A DNA stretch of 64,000 bases from Eledone cirrhosa (lineage: Eukaryota). This document shows positions 37,870 through 52,647 of the stretch, piece by piece. Made by a program: the position numbers and the translations under genes. The notes under the pieces were generated by a model, which was not told the DNA's origin, did no database searches, and was given only the letters and a program-made list of their open reading frames with translations. Location of the stretch: the NCBI GenBank assembly GCA_964016885.1, contig OZ024750.1, positions 54,808,001 through 54,872,000 on the forward strand, read 5' to 3'. The stretch's first letter is position 1. Each line of letters starts with the position of its first letter.

Positions 37870-39212
37870 TCATATATAGTGTATAATATATATTGTACAC
37901 AGTGTATATATAATATATATATATATAGTGTATAATATATACTGTACACAGTGTATATATAATATATATATAGTGTATAATATATACTGTACAGTGTATA
38001 TATAATATATATATAGTGTATAATATATACTGTACACAGTGTATATATAATATATATATAGTGTATAATATATACTGTACACAGTGTATATATAATATAT
38101 ATATAGTGTATAATATATACTGTACACAGTGTATATATAATATATATATAGTGTATAATATATACTGTACACAGTGTATATATAATATATATATAGTGTA
38201 TAATATATACTGTACATAGTGTATATATAATATATATATAGTGTATAATATATACTGTACAGTGTATATATAATATATATATAGTATATATATACTGTAC
38301 ATAGTGTATGTATAATATATATATAGTGTATAATATATACTGTACATAGTGTATATATAATATATATATATAGTGTATATATACTGTACATGGTGTATAT
38401 ATAATATATATATAGTGTATATATACTGTACATGGTGTATATATAATATATATAGTGTATATATACTGTACATAGTGTATATATAGTGTATATATACTGT
38501 ACATAGTGTGTATATAATATGTATATAGTGTATATATACTGTACATAGTGTATATATAATATATATAGTGTATATATACTGTACATAGTGTATATATAAT
38601 ATATATATAGTGTATATATACTGTACATAGTGTATATATAATATATATATAGTGTATATATACTGTACATAGTGTGTATATAATATATATATAGTGTATA
38701 TATACTGTACATAGTGTATATATAATATATAGAGTGTATATATACTGTACATAGTGTATATATAATATATATATAGTGTATATATAATATATATATAGTG
38801 TATATATATTGTACATAGTGTATATATAATATATATATAATGTATATATACTGTACATAGTGTATATATAATATATATATAGTGTATATATATGGTATAT
38901 AGTGTATATATAATATATATATAATGTATATATATGGTATATAGTGTATATATAATATATATATAATGTATATATACTGTACATAGTGTATATATAATAT
39001 ATATATAGTGTATATATAGTGTACATAATGTATATATAATATATATATAGTGTATATATATAATATATATATATAGTGTATATATACTGTATATAGAGTA
39101 TATATAATATATATATAGTGTATATATAATATATATATATAGTGTATATATATGGTACATAGTGTATATATAATATATATATATATAGTGTATATATACT
39201 GTATATAGTGTA
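37870..39212. repeat. TA-rich minisatellite (about 40 bp; tactgtacacagtgtatatataatatatatatagtg)
   Basis: Direct reading; explains the 394-538-aa Y/I ORFs. Confidence 0.95.
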
Positions 39213-39254
39213 TAGTTTTTAACTGGTTGAAATTCTTCATTCTCAGTTGAAGAG

Positions 39255-39330
39255 GTTCTAGGACAGCATTCTTCACTGTATGAGATGTCATCTGGTGTAC
39301 CACAGGGATCTGTTCTTGGACCCCCTTTTG
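39255..39330 (+). mobile_element. Tiny CR1/L2-type RT remnant
   Basis: Translates SSGVPQGSVLGP. Confidence 0.55.
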
Positions 39331-41054
39331 TTTGTTGCATATGTAGTGGATAAATGTATTCTTTTGTGGATGAATGATAAAAAGAATAATGCCAGAATTG
39401 TGATGTTGACAATGTTTATTTTACAATAACAATATTCACTTATTGCTACATTGAATATCGAGTAACATTATAGAACCATCTAGGCAATAGAAGGAGCTGG
39501 TGTCCTGTGTCCACTTGCTACTTATTGCACCTGAGCATCGCCACATACAAAATCTACGTTCTTAGATAGCTTACCTCTAATCCCACTACATCTTTTATGT
39601 ACCCATAGTTTGCATTTGGGACATAAAATGGAATTTCTACCTACTCCTTTGCTACACACTGAACATGGCCATTTCCCAGAGGGCACCTGTGCCCTGTTTT
39701 CCTTTCTACATATTAGAATATGTGTATGTAACTCAAATAGTTGTCCCCCATCCTCACTTTGGTCTCAAATAATTGTACCCACCCTCGCTTTCATCTCAAA
39801 TAATTCTCCCCCACCCTCGCTTTTGTCTCAAATAATCTTCCCCCACCCTCACTTATTTATTTTCCACCCCACTCTTGATTCACCCTACCCTCTGTTTATT
39901 AAATTGTTCTTATCTCTGGTGAAATATTATTCAAAGTGGTCGCATTCCTGCGACAATTTTCTTTAGACATTAAAAAACATTTTACATGACATAAAAAGTG
40001 CATTACTAGAAATGCCATATGTTATAAAATAAATAAGATGGGTTGGGGTCTCATTATGTAAACTAAATTACTAATTCTGGATTTCTATCTCTGGTGAAGT
40101 TTTACCGATTTTCCACACACCCCACATTTCTTTCTGGGTCGATGTATTTAATATAGCAAAAAGCACCCAGTCTACATTGTAAAGTTGTTATGTAGGTGTC
40201 ATGACAAAAAGCACTCAGCCCACACTGTAAATTGATCTTGTAGGTATCACACCAAAAAGTGCCCAGTCTATGCTGTAATGTGGTCATGTAGGTGTCAGAA
40301 CAAAAAGTGCCCAGTCCACACTGTAATGTGGTCATGTAGGTGTCAGAACAAAAAGTGCCCAGCATACACTGTAAATATGGTTGGCATTAGGAAGGGCATT
40401 CCTCCGTGTAAACAAAGACAGAAACAGTTCTGTATGAGCAAAACATGGTCACCTGACTGACATTGCTTCAAATGGGACAACCCGTCAAACCCATGCTACC
40501 TTGGAAAATGGCCGTTAAATGATAACAATATATTTATGTATATGAATTTTTTTTTCTTTTACGCCTGGGAGTGAAAGGCCTCCAGTTGTTGTCACAACCT
40601 TCTAGGAGAAGGAAACTCTGAAAGAAAACCTGCGGCTTAGGAAACATCCGATGATGTTGATCAGTTCTCCTTTTTGGGTAGCGTTTTTGATGTTCAGAGA
40701 GTGGGATTGGTTGAGTGCAAGGCCTTTCCCCACTTAAAAAACCTTCAAAGCACAGGCATTGCTTGTTCAGGATATGTTATAAGTTTGTATGGTTGGCCGA
40801 AGCCTAAAAGTGGACCAAATTCTATAATGTGACAAGTGATTGCAAAACTCTTAGCAGAGTTTTCAGCCTTCACATGTATATATAGAGATAAAATGTGGTT
40901 GGTGTTAGGAAGGGCATCCAACTGTAGAAAACCTGCCAGATACGAGTGAGATACGGTCACCCGATCAATGAAGTGGGACAATTCCCGTCTAACCCATGTT
41001 AGCGTGGCAGACGTTTAATGATGATGAAGATACATATAAATATGTATATATATA

Positions 41055-41101
<47 letters not shown>

Positions 41102-41124
41102 ATATATATGTATATATGTACATA

Positions 41125-42305
41125 TAACGTCTGATGATCTAACGCTCATAGCTGAATCAATGGCCGAGCTAGAGAAGAAAAGTGCCCACAAAATACTAAC
41201 TCTTTCAATTGCGCAGAGGGTTCTATAGAAATAGTGGACAGCTTCCGTTACTTGGGTGACAAAATCAGCAGTGGGGGAGGGTGCTCTGAAAGTACAGTAG
41301 CTAGAGTCAGAACTGGATGGAAAAAGTTCAGAGAGCTTATACCACTATTAGCCGCTAAAGGGTTCTCCCTAAAAATGAAAGGCAGGTTGTATGATGCCTG
41401 CATACGAACAGCAATGTTGCATGGCAGTGAGACCTGGGCATTGTGTGCAGAGGATATACGCAGACTAGAGAGGAACGAAGCTTGCCTGCTCCGCTGGATG
41501 TGTAATAGTAATATATGTGAACGGCAAAGCATAAATGAATTAAGGAAAAAATTAGAAATAAGAGGGATCAGATGTTGTTTACTCGAGAGAAGGCTACGTT
41601 GGTATGGTCACATGATGCGCATGAAAGACGACAGCTGTATAACAAAGTGCAGGGCAATAAAGATAGATGGTAGCCACGGAGTAGGCAGACCCAGGAAAAC
41701 CTGGGTCGAGCTGATAAATTCCGACCTCACACACTTACACCTCTCCAAGACAATGTCACTGGACCGAGACCTTTGGCGGTACTCAGTAACACAGAAGACC
41801 CGCCTTACCTAAATACAAAGTAAAACCTACTAGTCAGTAGGCATCTCTAACAAAATACACCCCTGTCCCACCCCATCCACACCGCCCCCTTCAATGCAAA
41901 GTTATGTTGGTGCCACAACATCCAGGCCGAAACAAACAAGATCGTGTAGGTGTCACGACAAAAAAACACACAGTCCACGCTGTAACGTGACCGTGTAGGC
42001 AACATGGTAAAAACCTCCCAGACCCACACTGTAAATGTGGTTGGTGTTAGGAAGGGCATCCAGCTGTAGAAAACACGCCAGATAGTCCACGCTGTAATGT
42101 GGCCGTGTAGGCAACACGGTAAAAACCTCCCAGCCCCACACTGTAAATGTGGTTGGTGTTAGGAAGGGCATCCAGCTGTAGAAAACCCGCCAGACAGTCC
42201 TATGCGAGCAAGACAACCACTCTTGCCTCAAGTGGGAAAACCCCCGTCCAAACCCATGCAAGCGTGGAGCAGGGACGTTAAACGATGATGATGATGATGA
42301 TGATA
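41125..42305 (+). mobile_element. 5'-truncated RTE with duplicated 3' UTR unit
   Basis: ORF 41234-41812 homologous to the intact ORF C-terminus; (GAT)n tail. Confidence 0.9.
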
Positions 42306-42360
42306 TGTATGTATATATATATGTGTATATATGTACATATATGTATGTATATATATGTAT

Positions 42361-42400
<40 letters not shown>

Positions 42401-42678
42401 GTATATATATGTATGTATATATATGTATATATATGTATGTATATATATGTATATATGTACATATATATGTACATATATATGTATGTATATATATGTACAT
42501 ATATATGTATGTATATATATGTATATATATATGTATATATGTACATATATATATATATATATGTATATACGTGTATATATATGTATATATGTATTTGTGC
42601 ATATATATATATGTATATATGTACATATATATATATGTATTTATGTATATATATATATATATGTATTTATGTATATAT

Positions 42679-45600
42679 AGGTATTTTAGCCTACATATTG
42701 TCGTTAATATTATGATGTTCCCTGCTGTATTAGCGTTAAATTTTCCCTGCTGTATTAGCGATAAATTTTCGAGGGTTTCTCTTAGTAGCTTTTTCATGTC
42801 GTTAATATTATGATGTTCCCTGCTGTATTAGCGTTAAATTTTCCCTGCTGTATTAGCGATAAATTTTCGAGGGTTTCTCTTAGTAGCTTTTTTCATGACG
42901 TTATTATTGTTAATTTTACTGATGTAGTATTAACTTATTAACTTGGATATTTACCATGCGGTATTCTAATCCTATTGTATCTCTCTCAGTTATTTACCAT
43001 GCGACCCTCAGTTCCTACCCCCCCCCCCCTCTCTATGCACTTCTTTAAGGCTTACTACCCTGTCTTTAACCTAATTCATTCAATCTGAAAATATTGAAGA
43101 GATAAGACACTTTGCCATTCTTCTCTGCTAAAATGTACCACTAGAGTTGATTCAAATTTTCCCAGCCAGCCATCCACCTAATCTACGAAGGTATTTTAGC
43201 CTACATATTGTCGTTAATATTATGATGTTCCCTGCTGTATTAGCGTTAAATTTTCCCTGCTGTATTAGCGATAAATTTTCGAGGGTTTCTCTTAGTAGCT
43301 TTTTTCATGACGTTATTATTGTTAATTTTACTGATGTAGTATTAACTTGGATATTTACCATGCGACCCTCAGTTCCTACCTCACAATTTCCCTCCCCCCC
43401 ACCCCCACTCACCACCATAGTCTATTCGACCAATCAAACCTAGCATGCCATTTCCACTGCTGCTGCTGCTACTACCTGCCTAACTAACTCTCTCCTCCTC
43501 TGGCGCATCCCAACACACCCTGCCATTACCCCACCACCACTGTCCTTCTAGCCCTCAATTTTCCCACCGTTATGGATGGATGAGCTGGGAATACACGAGC
43601 AACTCTGAATCAATAGATGAAATATGAATCTGCGAGCTACCAAGCACCCACGTGAAGCGCCAACCCAGAGACCCTCCCCTACGAGTGTCGACAAATGCCC
43701 AAAACTCCGAGTTGGTACCATCAATGTAGGCTCAATGAAAGGAAGAGCAGGAGAAATCGTAGAAATGCTAGAGCGAAAGGAAGTTGATGTATGCTGTGTG
43801 CAAGAGACTAGATGGAGAGGAGGGTCTGCTAGAGTCCTTGTAGGAAAAAGCCAGTGCTACAAATTTTTCTGGGTGGGAAATGACGATGGGATGGGTGGTG
43901 TAGGTATACTATTAGCTGACAAGTGGGTAGATAAAGTAATCTCAGTGTACAGGGTAAATGCAAGAATCATTAAACTCAGACTAGTCCTGAATAAGACAAT
44001 TACCACAATAATATCAGCTTACGCACCCCAATCGGGGCTGCCAGACGAACTTAAGGATAGGTTTTACGAGTCCCTAATACACACTACTGCTCTAACAGAC
44101 GACAAGGACTTCCTAATCATTGCAGGAGATTTTAACGGACACGTAGGTAAACACTGCGCCGGCTTCAATAGAGTACATGGAGGCCATGGAGTTGGCACAA
44201 GGAATGAGGAAGGATTCAGACTTCTAGAATTCTGCGACGCCAATGACATGTCGATATGTAACACAAACTTTAAAAAACCCGACAACCACCTGATCACCTA
44301 TAGATCAGGGGAGCACTCTAGTCAGTTAGATTTTATCCTCATCAGAGGACGTGACAGATGGACGGTCGTAAACACAAAAGCCTTCCCTAGTGAGGAATGT
44401 ACATCCCAACATAGCTTAGTTGTCAGCGACCTCACGGTCAGAACTAGACGAGCCCTGAAACAGAGGCCAACCTGGAGAAGAAAGATCTGGAAGCTGAAAG
44501 TCCCCTCAACCAGTAACAGATTTAAAGATATTTTACTCAACGCCTACGACAGTAAAGAAGAACAGATAGAGACATTTAACGTAGAAGAGAACTGGGAGTT
44601 CCTAAAAAATAACTTACTAGAGGCGACGGATGAGGTTTGTGGCTGGAGTAAGACCTCAAGCAGGAGGAGAGTGACTTGGTGGTGGAACAATAAGGTAGAT
44701 GAAGCAGTCAAGGCCAAGAGACAGGCATGGAAAGAATGGAAGAACGGGGGGAGCAGGGTACATTACATAGAGACCAAGAGGGAAGCTAGGCGACAAGTAT
44801 ACTTAGCTAGGAGGGAAGCAGAGGATAGAAAATTCAAGCATGTTTTACAACGTGAGGACCAGAAACAGGAGGTATTCAAGATTGCGAGGCAGTGTGTCAG
44901 AGATAGTTGTGATGTCATTGGAGAGAAGTGTATCCGGAATGATAAAGGTGAGCTTGCCCTCACAAGTGCTGAGAAGAAAGATGCATGGAAGAGTCATTAT
45001 GATAGATTACTAAATGAGGAGAATGCATGGGAAGAAGAGACCCTACCCCACGTAGACCCTATAGAGGGACCAGCAGTACAAGTCAGCGGCAGCGTAGTAA
45101 GTAAGGCAATCAGAGATATGAAGATAGGGAAGGCAACCGGTCCATCGGGTATAGCTGCCGAGATGCTGAAGGCATCTGGGTCTGTAGGTCACACTATAAC
45201 CACACGTATCGTTAACCAGGTAATACTAGAGGGGGCCATACCAAAAGATTGGTGCAGTAGCATCATTGTCAACTGCTACAAAGGTAAAGGCGATGCACTA
45301 GATAGAGGAAACTATAGAGGTATAAAGTTGATGGACCAGGTCATGAAAGTAACAGAAAGAGTTATAGCACAGCTGATTAGGGACCGGGTGAATATAGACG
45401 AGATGCAATTTGGGTTTGTTCCAGGGAAAGGCACCACTGATGCGCTCTTCCTTGTGAGGCAATTACAGGAAAAGTACCTAGCTAAAAGTAAGCCACTCTA
45501 CTTGGCATTTGTCGACCTTGAGAAAGCCTTTGACAGAGTTCCACGTGCAGTAATCTGGTGGGCTCTTAGAAAACTAGGAGTAGATGAATGGCTTGTGAAA

Positions 45601-47058
45601 GCGGTACAAGCCATGTATAGGGGAGCAGTCAGCAAAGTTAGGATTGGCAATGAGTATAGCGAGGAATTTAGCGTACAGGTTGGGGTCCACCAGGGCTCTG
45701 TTCTTAGCCCTCTCCTGTTCATCATAGTCCTGCAGGCAATAACGGAGGAGTTTAAGACCGGATGCCCATGGGAACTCCTGTATGCTGATGACCTCGCACT
45801 CATAGCTGAATCTATGGTAGAACTAGAGAATAAATTCCAAACCTGGAAGCAGGGACTAGAGAGAAAGGGCCTCAAAGTCAACATGACAAAGACTAAGGTC
45901 CTTATAAGTAGACGAGAAAACAGAACCCAGATCCCCTCAGGGAAATGGCCTTGCTCAGTATGTAGGAAAGGTGTAGGTAGGAACTCCATTCTCTGCCCCA
46001 AATGCAAACAATGGGTACACAAGAGATGTAGCGGGATCTCAGGAAGCTTAATTAAGAATGTAGGATTCACATGCAGCAGCTGTGCTGAAACAGCAAGCAA
46101 ACAGCCACAGGAAACAAGTACCACCAATCTCTGGGAGGGCCCTGTAGAAACAGTAGACAGCTTCTGCTACCTAGGTGACCGAATTAGCAACGGAGGTGGG
46201 TGCTCAGAAAGTACAATAACTAGGGTAAGAACGGGATGGAAGAAGTTTAGGGAACTACTACCACTGCTAGCTGCAAAAGGCTTCTCCCTCAGAATGAAAG
46301 GCAGACTGTATGATGCGTGTATCCGAACAGCGATGTTGCATGGTAGTGAGACCTGGGCGCTGAAGGTGGAAGACTTACGTAGATTAGAGAGAAACGAAGC
46401 CTGCATGCTCCGATGGATGTGTAACAGTAATATACGTGAACGACAAAGCATAAATGAATTGAGAGAGAGACTGAGCATAAGAGGAATCAAATGCTGCGTG
46501 CAGGAGAGGCGGTTACGCTGGTATGGACATGTGATGCGTATGAAGGATGACAGCTGCATAAAAAGGTGCAGAGCACTAGAAGTTGATGGAAACCGCGGAG
46601 TGGGGAGACCCAAGATGACTTGGGATGAGGTGATAAAAGCCGACCTTACCCAACTACACCTCTCAAAGTCAATGACACACGACCGTGACTTCTGGCGTCA
46701 CGCAGTAATACAGGGTACCCGACCTCCCATGGGTACATGCTGAAGCATATAAACAATATGCCCCCCCCCCGCCCCCCCCCCCCCCCCCACCGCAAGGTGG
46801 TCGTGGAGGTGCCACGGCAAAAAAGCACCCAGCCCACACTGTAAAGTGGACGTGTAGGCGCCACGAAAAAGCACCCAGCACTCACTGTAAATGAGGTTGG
46901 TGTTAGGAAGGGCATCCAGCTGTAGAAATCAAGCCAGATCAGTTCCTGTATGAGCAAGGCATGGTCAGCCGACCAGACACTGCCCACAACAGGACAACCC
47001 GTCTAACCCATGCTAGCGTGGAAGAACGGACGTAAAACGGTGATGATGATGATGATGA
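42679..47058 (+). mobile_element. Full-length RTE LINE with tandemly duplicated 5' UTR, inserted in a TA-rich microsatellite
   Basis: Intact ORF, 3' UTR, (GAT)n tail. Confidence 0.93.
43624..46743 (+). CDS. RTE ORF: AP endonuclease, reverse transcriptase and PHD-like Cys/His finger
   Basis: CVQETRW, AGDFNGH, SQLDFIL, SQHSLV; AFVDLEKAFD, GVHQGS, LYADD; CSVC..CPKC..WVHKRC..CSSC. Confidence 0.95.
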   Translation: MNLRATKHPREAPTQRPSPTSVDKCPKLRVGTINVGSMKGRAGEIVEMLERKEVDVCCVQETRWRGGSARVLVGKSQCYKFFWVGNDDGMGGVGILLADKWVDKVISVYRVNARIIKLRLVLNKTITTIISAYAPQSGLPDELKDRFYESLIHTTALTDDKDFLIIAGDFNGHVGKHCAGFNRVHGGHGVGTRNEEGFRLLEFCDANDMSICNTNFKKPDNHLITYRSGEHSSQLDFILIRGRDRWTVVNTKAFPSEECTSQHSLVVSDLTVRTRRALKQRPTWRRKIWKLKVPSTSNRFKDILLNAYDSKEEQIETFNVEENWEFLKNNLLEATDEVCGWSKTSSRRRVTWWWNNKVDEAVKAKRQAWKEWKNGGSRVHYIETKREARRQVYLARREAEDRKFKHVLQREDQKQEVFKIARQCVRDSCDVIGEKCIRNDKGELALTSAEKKDAWKSHYDRLLNEENAWEEETLPHVDPIEGPAVQVSGSVVSKAIRDMKIGKATGPSGIAAEMLKASGSVGHTITTRIVNQVILEGAIPKDWCSSIIVNCYKGKGDALDRGNYRGIKLMDQVMKVTERVIAQLIRDRVNIDEMQFGFVPGKGTTDALFLVRQLQEKYLAKSKPLYLAFVDLEKAFDRVPRAVIWWALRKLGVDEWLVKAVQAMYRGAVSKVRIGNEYSEEFSVQVGVHQGSVLSPLLFIIVLQAITEEFKTGCPWELLYADDLALIAESMVELENKFQTWKQGLERKGLKVNMTKTKVLISRRENRTQIPSGKWPCSVCRKGVGRNSILCPKCKQWVHKRCSGISGSLIKNVGFTCSSCAETASKQPQETSTTNLWEGPVETVDSFCYLGDRISNGGGCSESTITRVRTGWKKFRELLPLLAAKGFSLRMKGRLYDACIRTAMLHGSETWALKVEDLRRLERNEACMLRWMCNSNIRERQSINELRERLSIRGIKCCVQERRLRWYGHVMRMKDDSCIKRCRALEVDGNRGVGRPKMTWDEVIKADLTQLHLSKSMTHDRDFWRHAVIQGTRPPMGTC

Positions 47059-48156
47059 TATATATATATTTGTACATATATATATATGTATATATTTGTA
47101 CATATATATATATATGTATATATATAAGTGTATATATATACATATGAATATATGTGTATATATATATATATACATATGAATATATTTATATATGTTTATA
47201 TGTATATATCATCATCATTGAAGACACTCGAAATAGAAACTGATACAGGGTAGAGAGAGCTCTTAAGTCCAGTAAAATAACCTCTCTAGTGCCACAAACA
47301 ATACACCCAGTCCTTGCTGTAAAGGGGTTGAGGAGAGGAAGGGCATCCAACCAGAATAGAAAAAAAACAAGGCCAAAATTATGGAAAGCCCTGCAAATAA
47401 AGTTCCCACTAATTGTGTCTACAGGACTAACACAAGTCATGTTGGTGGGGTGCCTAGGGTAGCCATGTGTGAGCATCCTTTGACTCTTATCAAGCAATTG
47501 CACAGCATTTTTCCCTTCCATGTAGAAAGAACTGTTACTCAAGGAACTGTCAAGTTACACATCTCAGGTCTCAGACAATTACCATGTTAGAATGTCATAT
47601 AAGAATGAAGTTTCTGGGTAAAGGCTATAGGGCAGACCTCCCAAGAGTTAGAAGGATAACATTTACAGAGCTTGCTGGAATACCACTGCTCACATTGGAG
47701 AGAATAACTCTGGACAGGAAAGTTGATATCTACAATTTATCAATATAGAATTATAAATTTCCAATGTTAAATCTATCTCTGCTTCTAAAGTATTCTCTAT
47801 TATCTCATACTATTTCTTTCTTATTTCAGAATACCAGATGACATTGGGATATATTTACTCTTTAATCTTGAATATATCACCTCTATTTATCATTATTCCA
47901 AGACTAAATATTTTGATACAGAACTCATATAACACTGTTTATATAAATCTATGGCAGAATTACTGTGAAATATTTCCTCAGAACTGTCTTTCTTGGAAAA
48001 ATATTGTTTTGTCACCATCTGAAATATTTACAAGATGATTTTGAATCTTAACTAAACTTAGATCAGAAAGAAGTTTGCATCATCTTCAGATCTTGACTGA
48101 GGTCACAGTTGCTGGAAATATTGCAGAAGAAATATCATCAGGAATAAAATATATAA

Positions 48157-48927
<771 letters not shown>

Positions 48928-49700
48928 ACTAGTCACAAATGTATACATACAGGTAAGAAGCCATATCACTGTGATATCTGTGGTAAATCATTCTCTGTAT
49001 GAAGTAGTTTAACTAGACACAAATATACCCATAGAGGTGAGAAACCATAACAAAGTCATATCTCATTGTCTCAAAATGGTGAATTAATTACACACAAATA
49101 CATTCATATGAGTGAGAAGCCATACCACTATGATATTGGGGAGAAATTATTCTCTTTCATTGCTACATTTACATATAAACATATATATACTGGAGAAAAG
49201 CCATATCACTGTAATATTTGTGGTAAATTATTAACTATGAAAGCTCACTTAACTAGATACAAACATATACATACAGGAGAGAAACCATATCACTGTGATA
49301 TCTGTGGGAAATCATTCTCTGAAATAAGTCATTCACTTGGCACTAACATTTACAGAAAAGGAACCATATCACTGTGATGTCTGTGGTAGATCATACTCTA
49401 AATGTTGTGGCTTCACTACACACTAACATATACAGGTGAGGAACCATATCACTGTGATGTCTGTGATAAATCATTCTCTAAATGTTGTGGCATCTCTATA
49501 CATGAACATCTACATTCCGGAAAGGAACCATATCACTGTGATGTCTGTGGTAAATTATGTTCTAAATGTTGTGGCTTCACTAGACACTAACATATACAGG
49601 AGAGGAACCATATCACTGTGATGTCTGTAGTAAATCATTCTCTTGTAAAGGTTACTTAATGAAACAGAAACACATTCAGACAGGATAAAAACCATATCAC
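48928..49700 (+). pseudogene. Decayed zinc-finger units in the putative 3' UTR of ZNF gene 2
   Basis: 84-bp units with stops and frameshifts; AATAAA at ~49739. Confidence 0.85.
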
Positions 49701-49990
49701 TCACCCAAAATAATGCCACCAATGTTGTCAATGTTTTGAATAAAACGTGTTTATTCTGAAATTATTCTCCTTTAATTTTATTTGTAGAAGTTATAACCAA
49801 GACTTGTGCTGACAAAACTGTATGCTACAGAATTTACAAACACTATATATATATAGTAATAATAATAATAAATGGGAAGAATAAAATCCGAAGAGGGCTC
49901 GATAAGGATAAATATATATCAAATACATAAAAACCATAGAAGAAAGATTTATTAAAATAACAGATTAAAGTTTAAGCAAAGAATATATAT

Positions 49991-50436
49991 ACTAGACCTA
50001 AAAAATGCGCAAGCTCAAAAGAGCCACAGAATGTTATAATAAACCTTCAATAGTGTGGGACTAGAGTTGTTGCTCAAAAATATTGTAATCATTATCTATC
50101 GTACACTCTGTGGCATCCTTTTATAAAAAAGAGACTCATAACGAACTCAAGACGACACGATAATTATTTAAGCTAATGTTCAATATCTCATATTAGATGT
50201 TTAGTAATGATTAATACAAAATTCACTTAAACCGAATTCTATATTATAAATTCACTTAAATACTTATTGTGTCGTCTTAAGTTCATTATGAGTCTCTTTT
50301 TTATAAAAGGATGCCACAGAGTGTACGATAGATAATGATTACAATATTTTTGAGCAACAACTCTAGTCTCACACTTTTGAAGGTTTATTATAACATTCTG
50401 TGGCTCTTTTGAGCTTGCGCATTTTTCAGGTCTAGT
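49991..50436. repeat. Foldback element, about 180-bp arms and 85-nt spacer
   Basis: 49991-50172 reverse-complements 50255-50436. Confidence 0.9.
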
Positions 50437-51092
50437 TTAATATTTTTTAAGGCAACGCTTGTAATAACTCTAGTTAAACATGATATATATTAATAATACA
50501 TTATAGTTGTAATGTAATTAGATTATATAATTGTTATTTTATAAATTATCTTATAAATATTATTGTAAGATGTATTAAAATATTTTCAGACTTTTAATAT
50601 AAACTACAAAAAACAATCAATATTAAATAAATATATTTTACATAATAATTGTTATAGTTGAATTAATAAAAATTAAATATTACATACAAATAGTCTAACA
50701 TAATAATAATAAAATAATCTAACATAAAACGAACAATAATATGGACATATATACAAGTAAATATGATACAATCAATATTATAAGCATGTTATAACGAAAT
50801 GAAAAAAATTAGTTAATATAAATTTAAAAAATCATATATAAATTAACAATATAACTTACCAAAACGAGAAAAATATTTTGATGATAAACGACGAAATACA
50901 GGAGGAAGATTCGAAAGCGAAACGATAAATAAGCGTGCAAACAAAGTAGCGGATGCTTTTGAGCAACAATTACTCTCATTGGTTGATTAGCCAATAAGAC
51001 GATGAAATTAGCCAGTAAGACGATACATTACAAAACATATTTGGGAGGGATGACCACGGCCAGTGAAACCCCTTGAATTTTTTATTCACAAG

Positions 51093-51935
51093 CTACTATT
51101 AGCTGCTAAAGGGTTCTCCCTAAAAATGAAAGGCAGGTTGTACGATGCCTGCATACGAACAGCAACGTTGCATGGCAGTGAGACCTGGGCATTGTGTGCA
51201 GAGGATATATGCAGACTAGAGAGGAACGAAGCTTGCATGCTCCGCTGGATGTGTAACAGTAATATACGTGAACGGCAAAGCATAAACGAACTAAGGACAA
51301 AATTAGAAATAAGAGGGATCAGATGTTGTTTACTCGAGAGAAGGCTACGCTGGTATGGACACGTGATGCGCATGAAAGTCGATAGCTGTATAACAAAGTG
51401 CAGGGCAATAAAGATAGACGGTAGCCACGGAATAGGCAGACCTAGAAAAACCTGGGACGAGCTGATAAACTCCGACCTCACACACTTACACCTCTCCAAG
51501 ACAATGTCACTGGACCGAGACCTTTGGCGGTACTCAGTAACAGAGAAGACCCGCCTTACCTAAATACATAGTAAAACCTACTACAGCCAGTAGGCATCTC
51601 TAACAAAATACCACCCCCACCCCATCCACACCACCCCGTTCTATGTAAAGTTATGTTGGTGCCACACCATCCAGGCCGAAACAAATGAGATCGTGTAGGT
51701 GTCACGACAAAAAAACACACAGTCCACGCTGTAATGTGGCCGTGTAGGCAACACGGTAAAAACCTCCCAGACCCACACTGTAAATGTGGTTGGTGTTAGG
51801 AAGGGCATCCAACTGTAGAAAACCTGCCAGACAGTCCTATGCGAGCAAGACAATCACTCTTGCCTCAAGTGGGAATACCCCCGTCCAAACCCATGCAAGC
51901 GTGGAACACGGACGTTAAACGTTGATGATGATGAA
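51093..51935 (+). mobile_element. 5'-truncated RTE
   Basis: Very similar to 41345-42305. Confidence 0.9.
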
Positions 51936-52477
51936 GCTACGCATATATGTCAGACACGCAAACTTAAAACATTCTGTTGTTAGTCACTGCGTATCTAACA
52001 GATATATTTATGAGTGTATATGTATGTGTGTAGAAATTTCTGTCCATGAATATGATTGTATCTTTATTTGTGTATATGTATATCTATATGTGAGTATGTA
52101 TATGTACGTGTGTATAATTATGTGTATCTGTCTGTACCTATGTGTATGTTTATATATGTGTTTTTATATACATGTGTGCACATCTGGATATATTTTCAGT
52201 GTCTGTTCTAGCTCTCTCAGTACAAATCCCACTGACGTGAAGCTGCTTATATATTTTGAGGTCCATAAATGAAATACCAGTGAAATACTGAGGTTGATTC
52301 TTCCTGTTTGTCATTGTCTGTCTGTCTACTCTTCTCCCTCTCTCTCTATATATATATATATGAGCGCGACACTTGCCTCTAAATTAGACAAATCCGTCTA
52401 ACCCATGCTAGCGTGGAAGATAGACATTAATCGATGATGATGATATCTAGGGATTGTAACATTATTACCACAACAGA

Positions 52478-52552
52478 AGTCTGATGAGCTATTGATTTTA
52501 GAGTCAGGCTAGATCGAACCTTGAGCTGATCAATAGCGAAATGTGCTTCACT
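52478..52552 (+). ncRNA. Decayed type I hammerhead motif
   Basis: agt-CTGATGA-gctattgat/atcaatagc (9-bp stem II)-GAAA-tgtgc-TTC-act, then AATAAA. Confidence 0.65.
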
Positions 52553-52647
52553 GCTCAATAAACGTAATGAAGACATGACAAACCTTCCTTTATATATATA
52601 TACACACATATATATTTCTATTGGTGCTTTAAGATAACGACGTATAT

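Noticed and set aside
37796-39412. 394-538-aa Tyr/Ile-rich ORFs
   Set aside because: Translation of a TA satellite
45498-46613. Antisense ORFs over the RTE and Helitron coding regions
   Set aside because: Shadow frames with no independent motifs
47220-47720. CR1-like 3' remnant
   Set aside because: Suggestive only; no diagnostic motif readable
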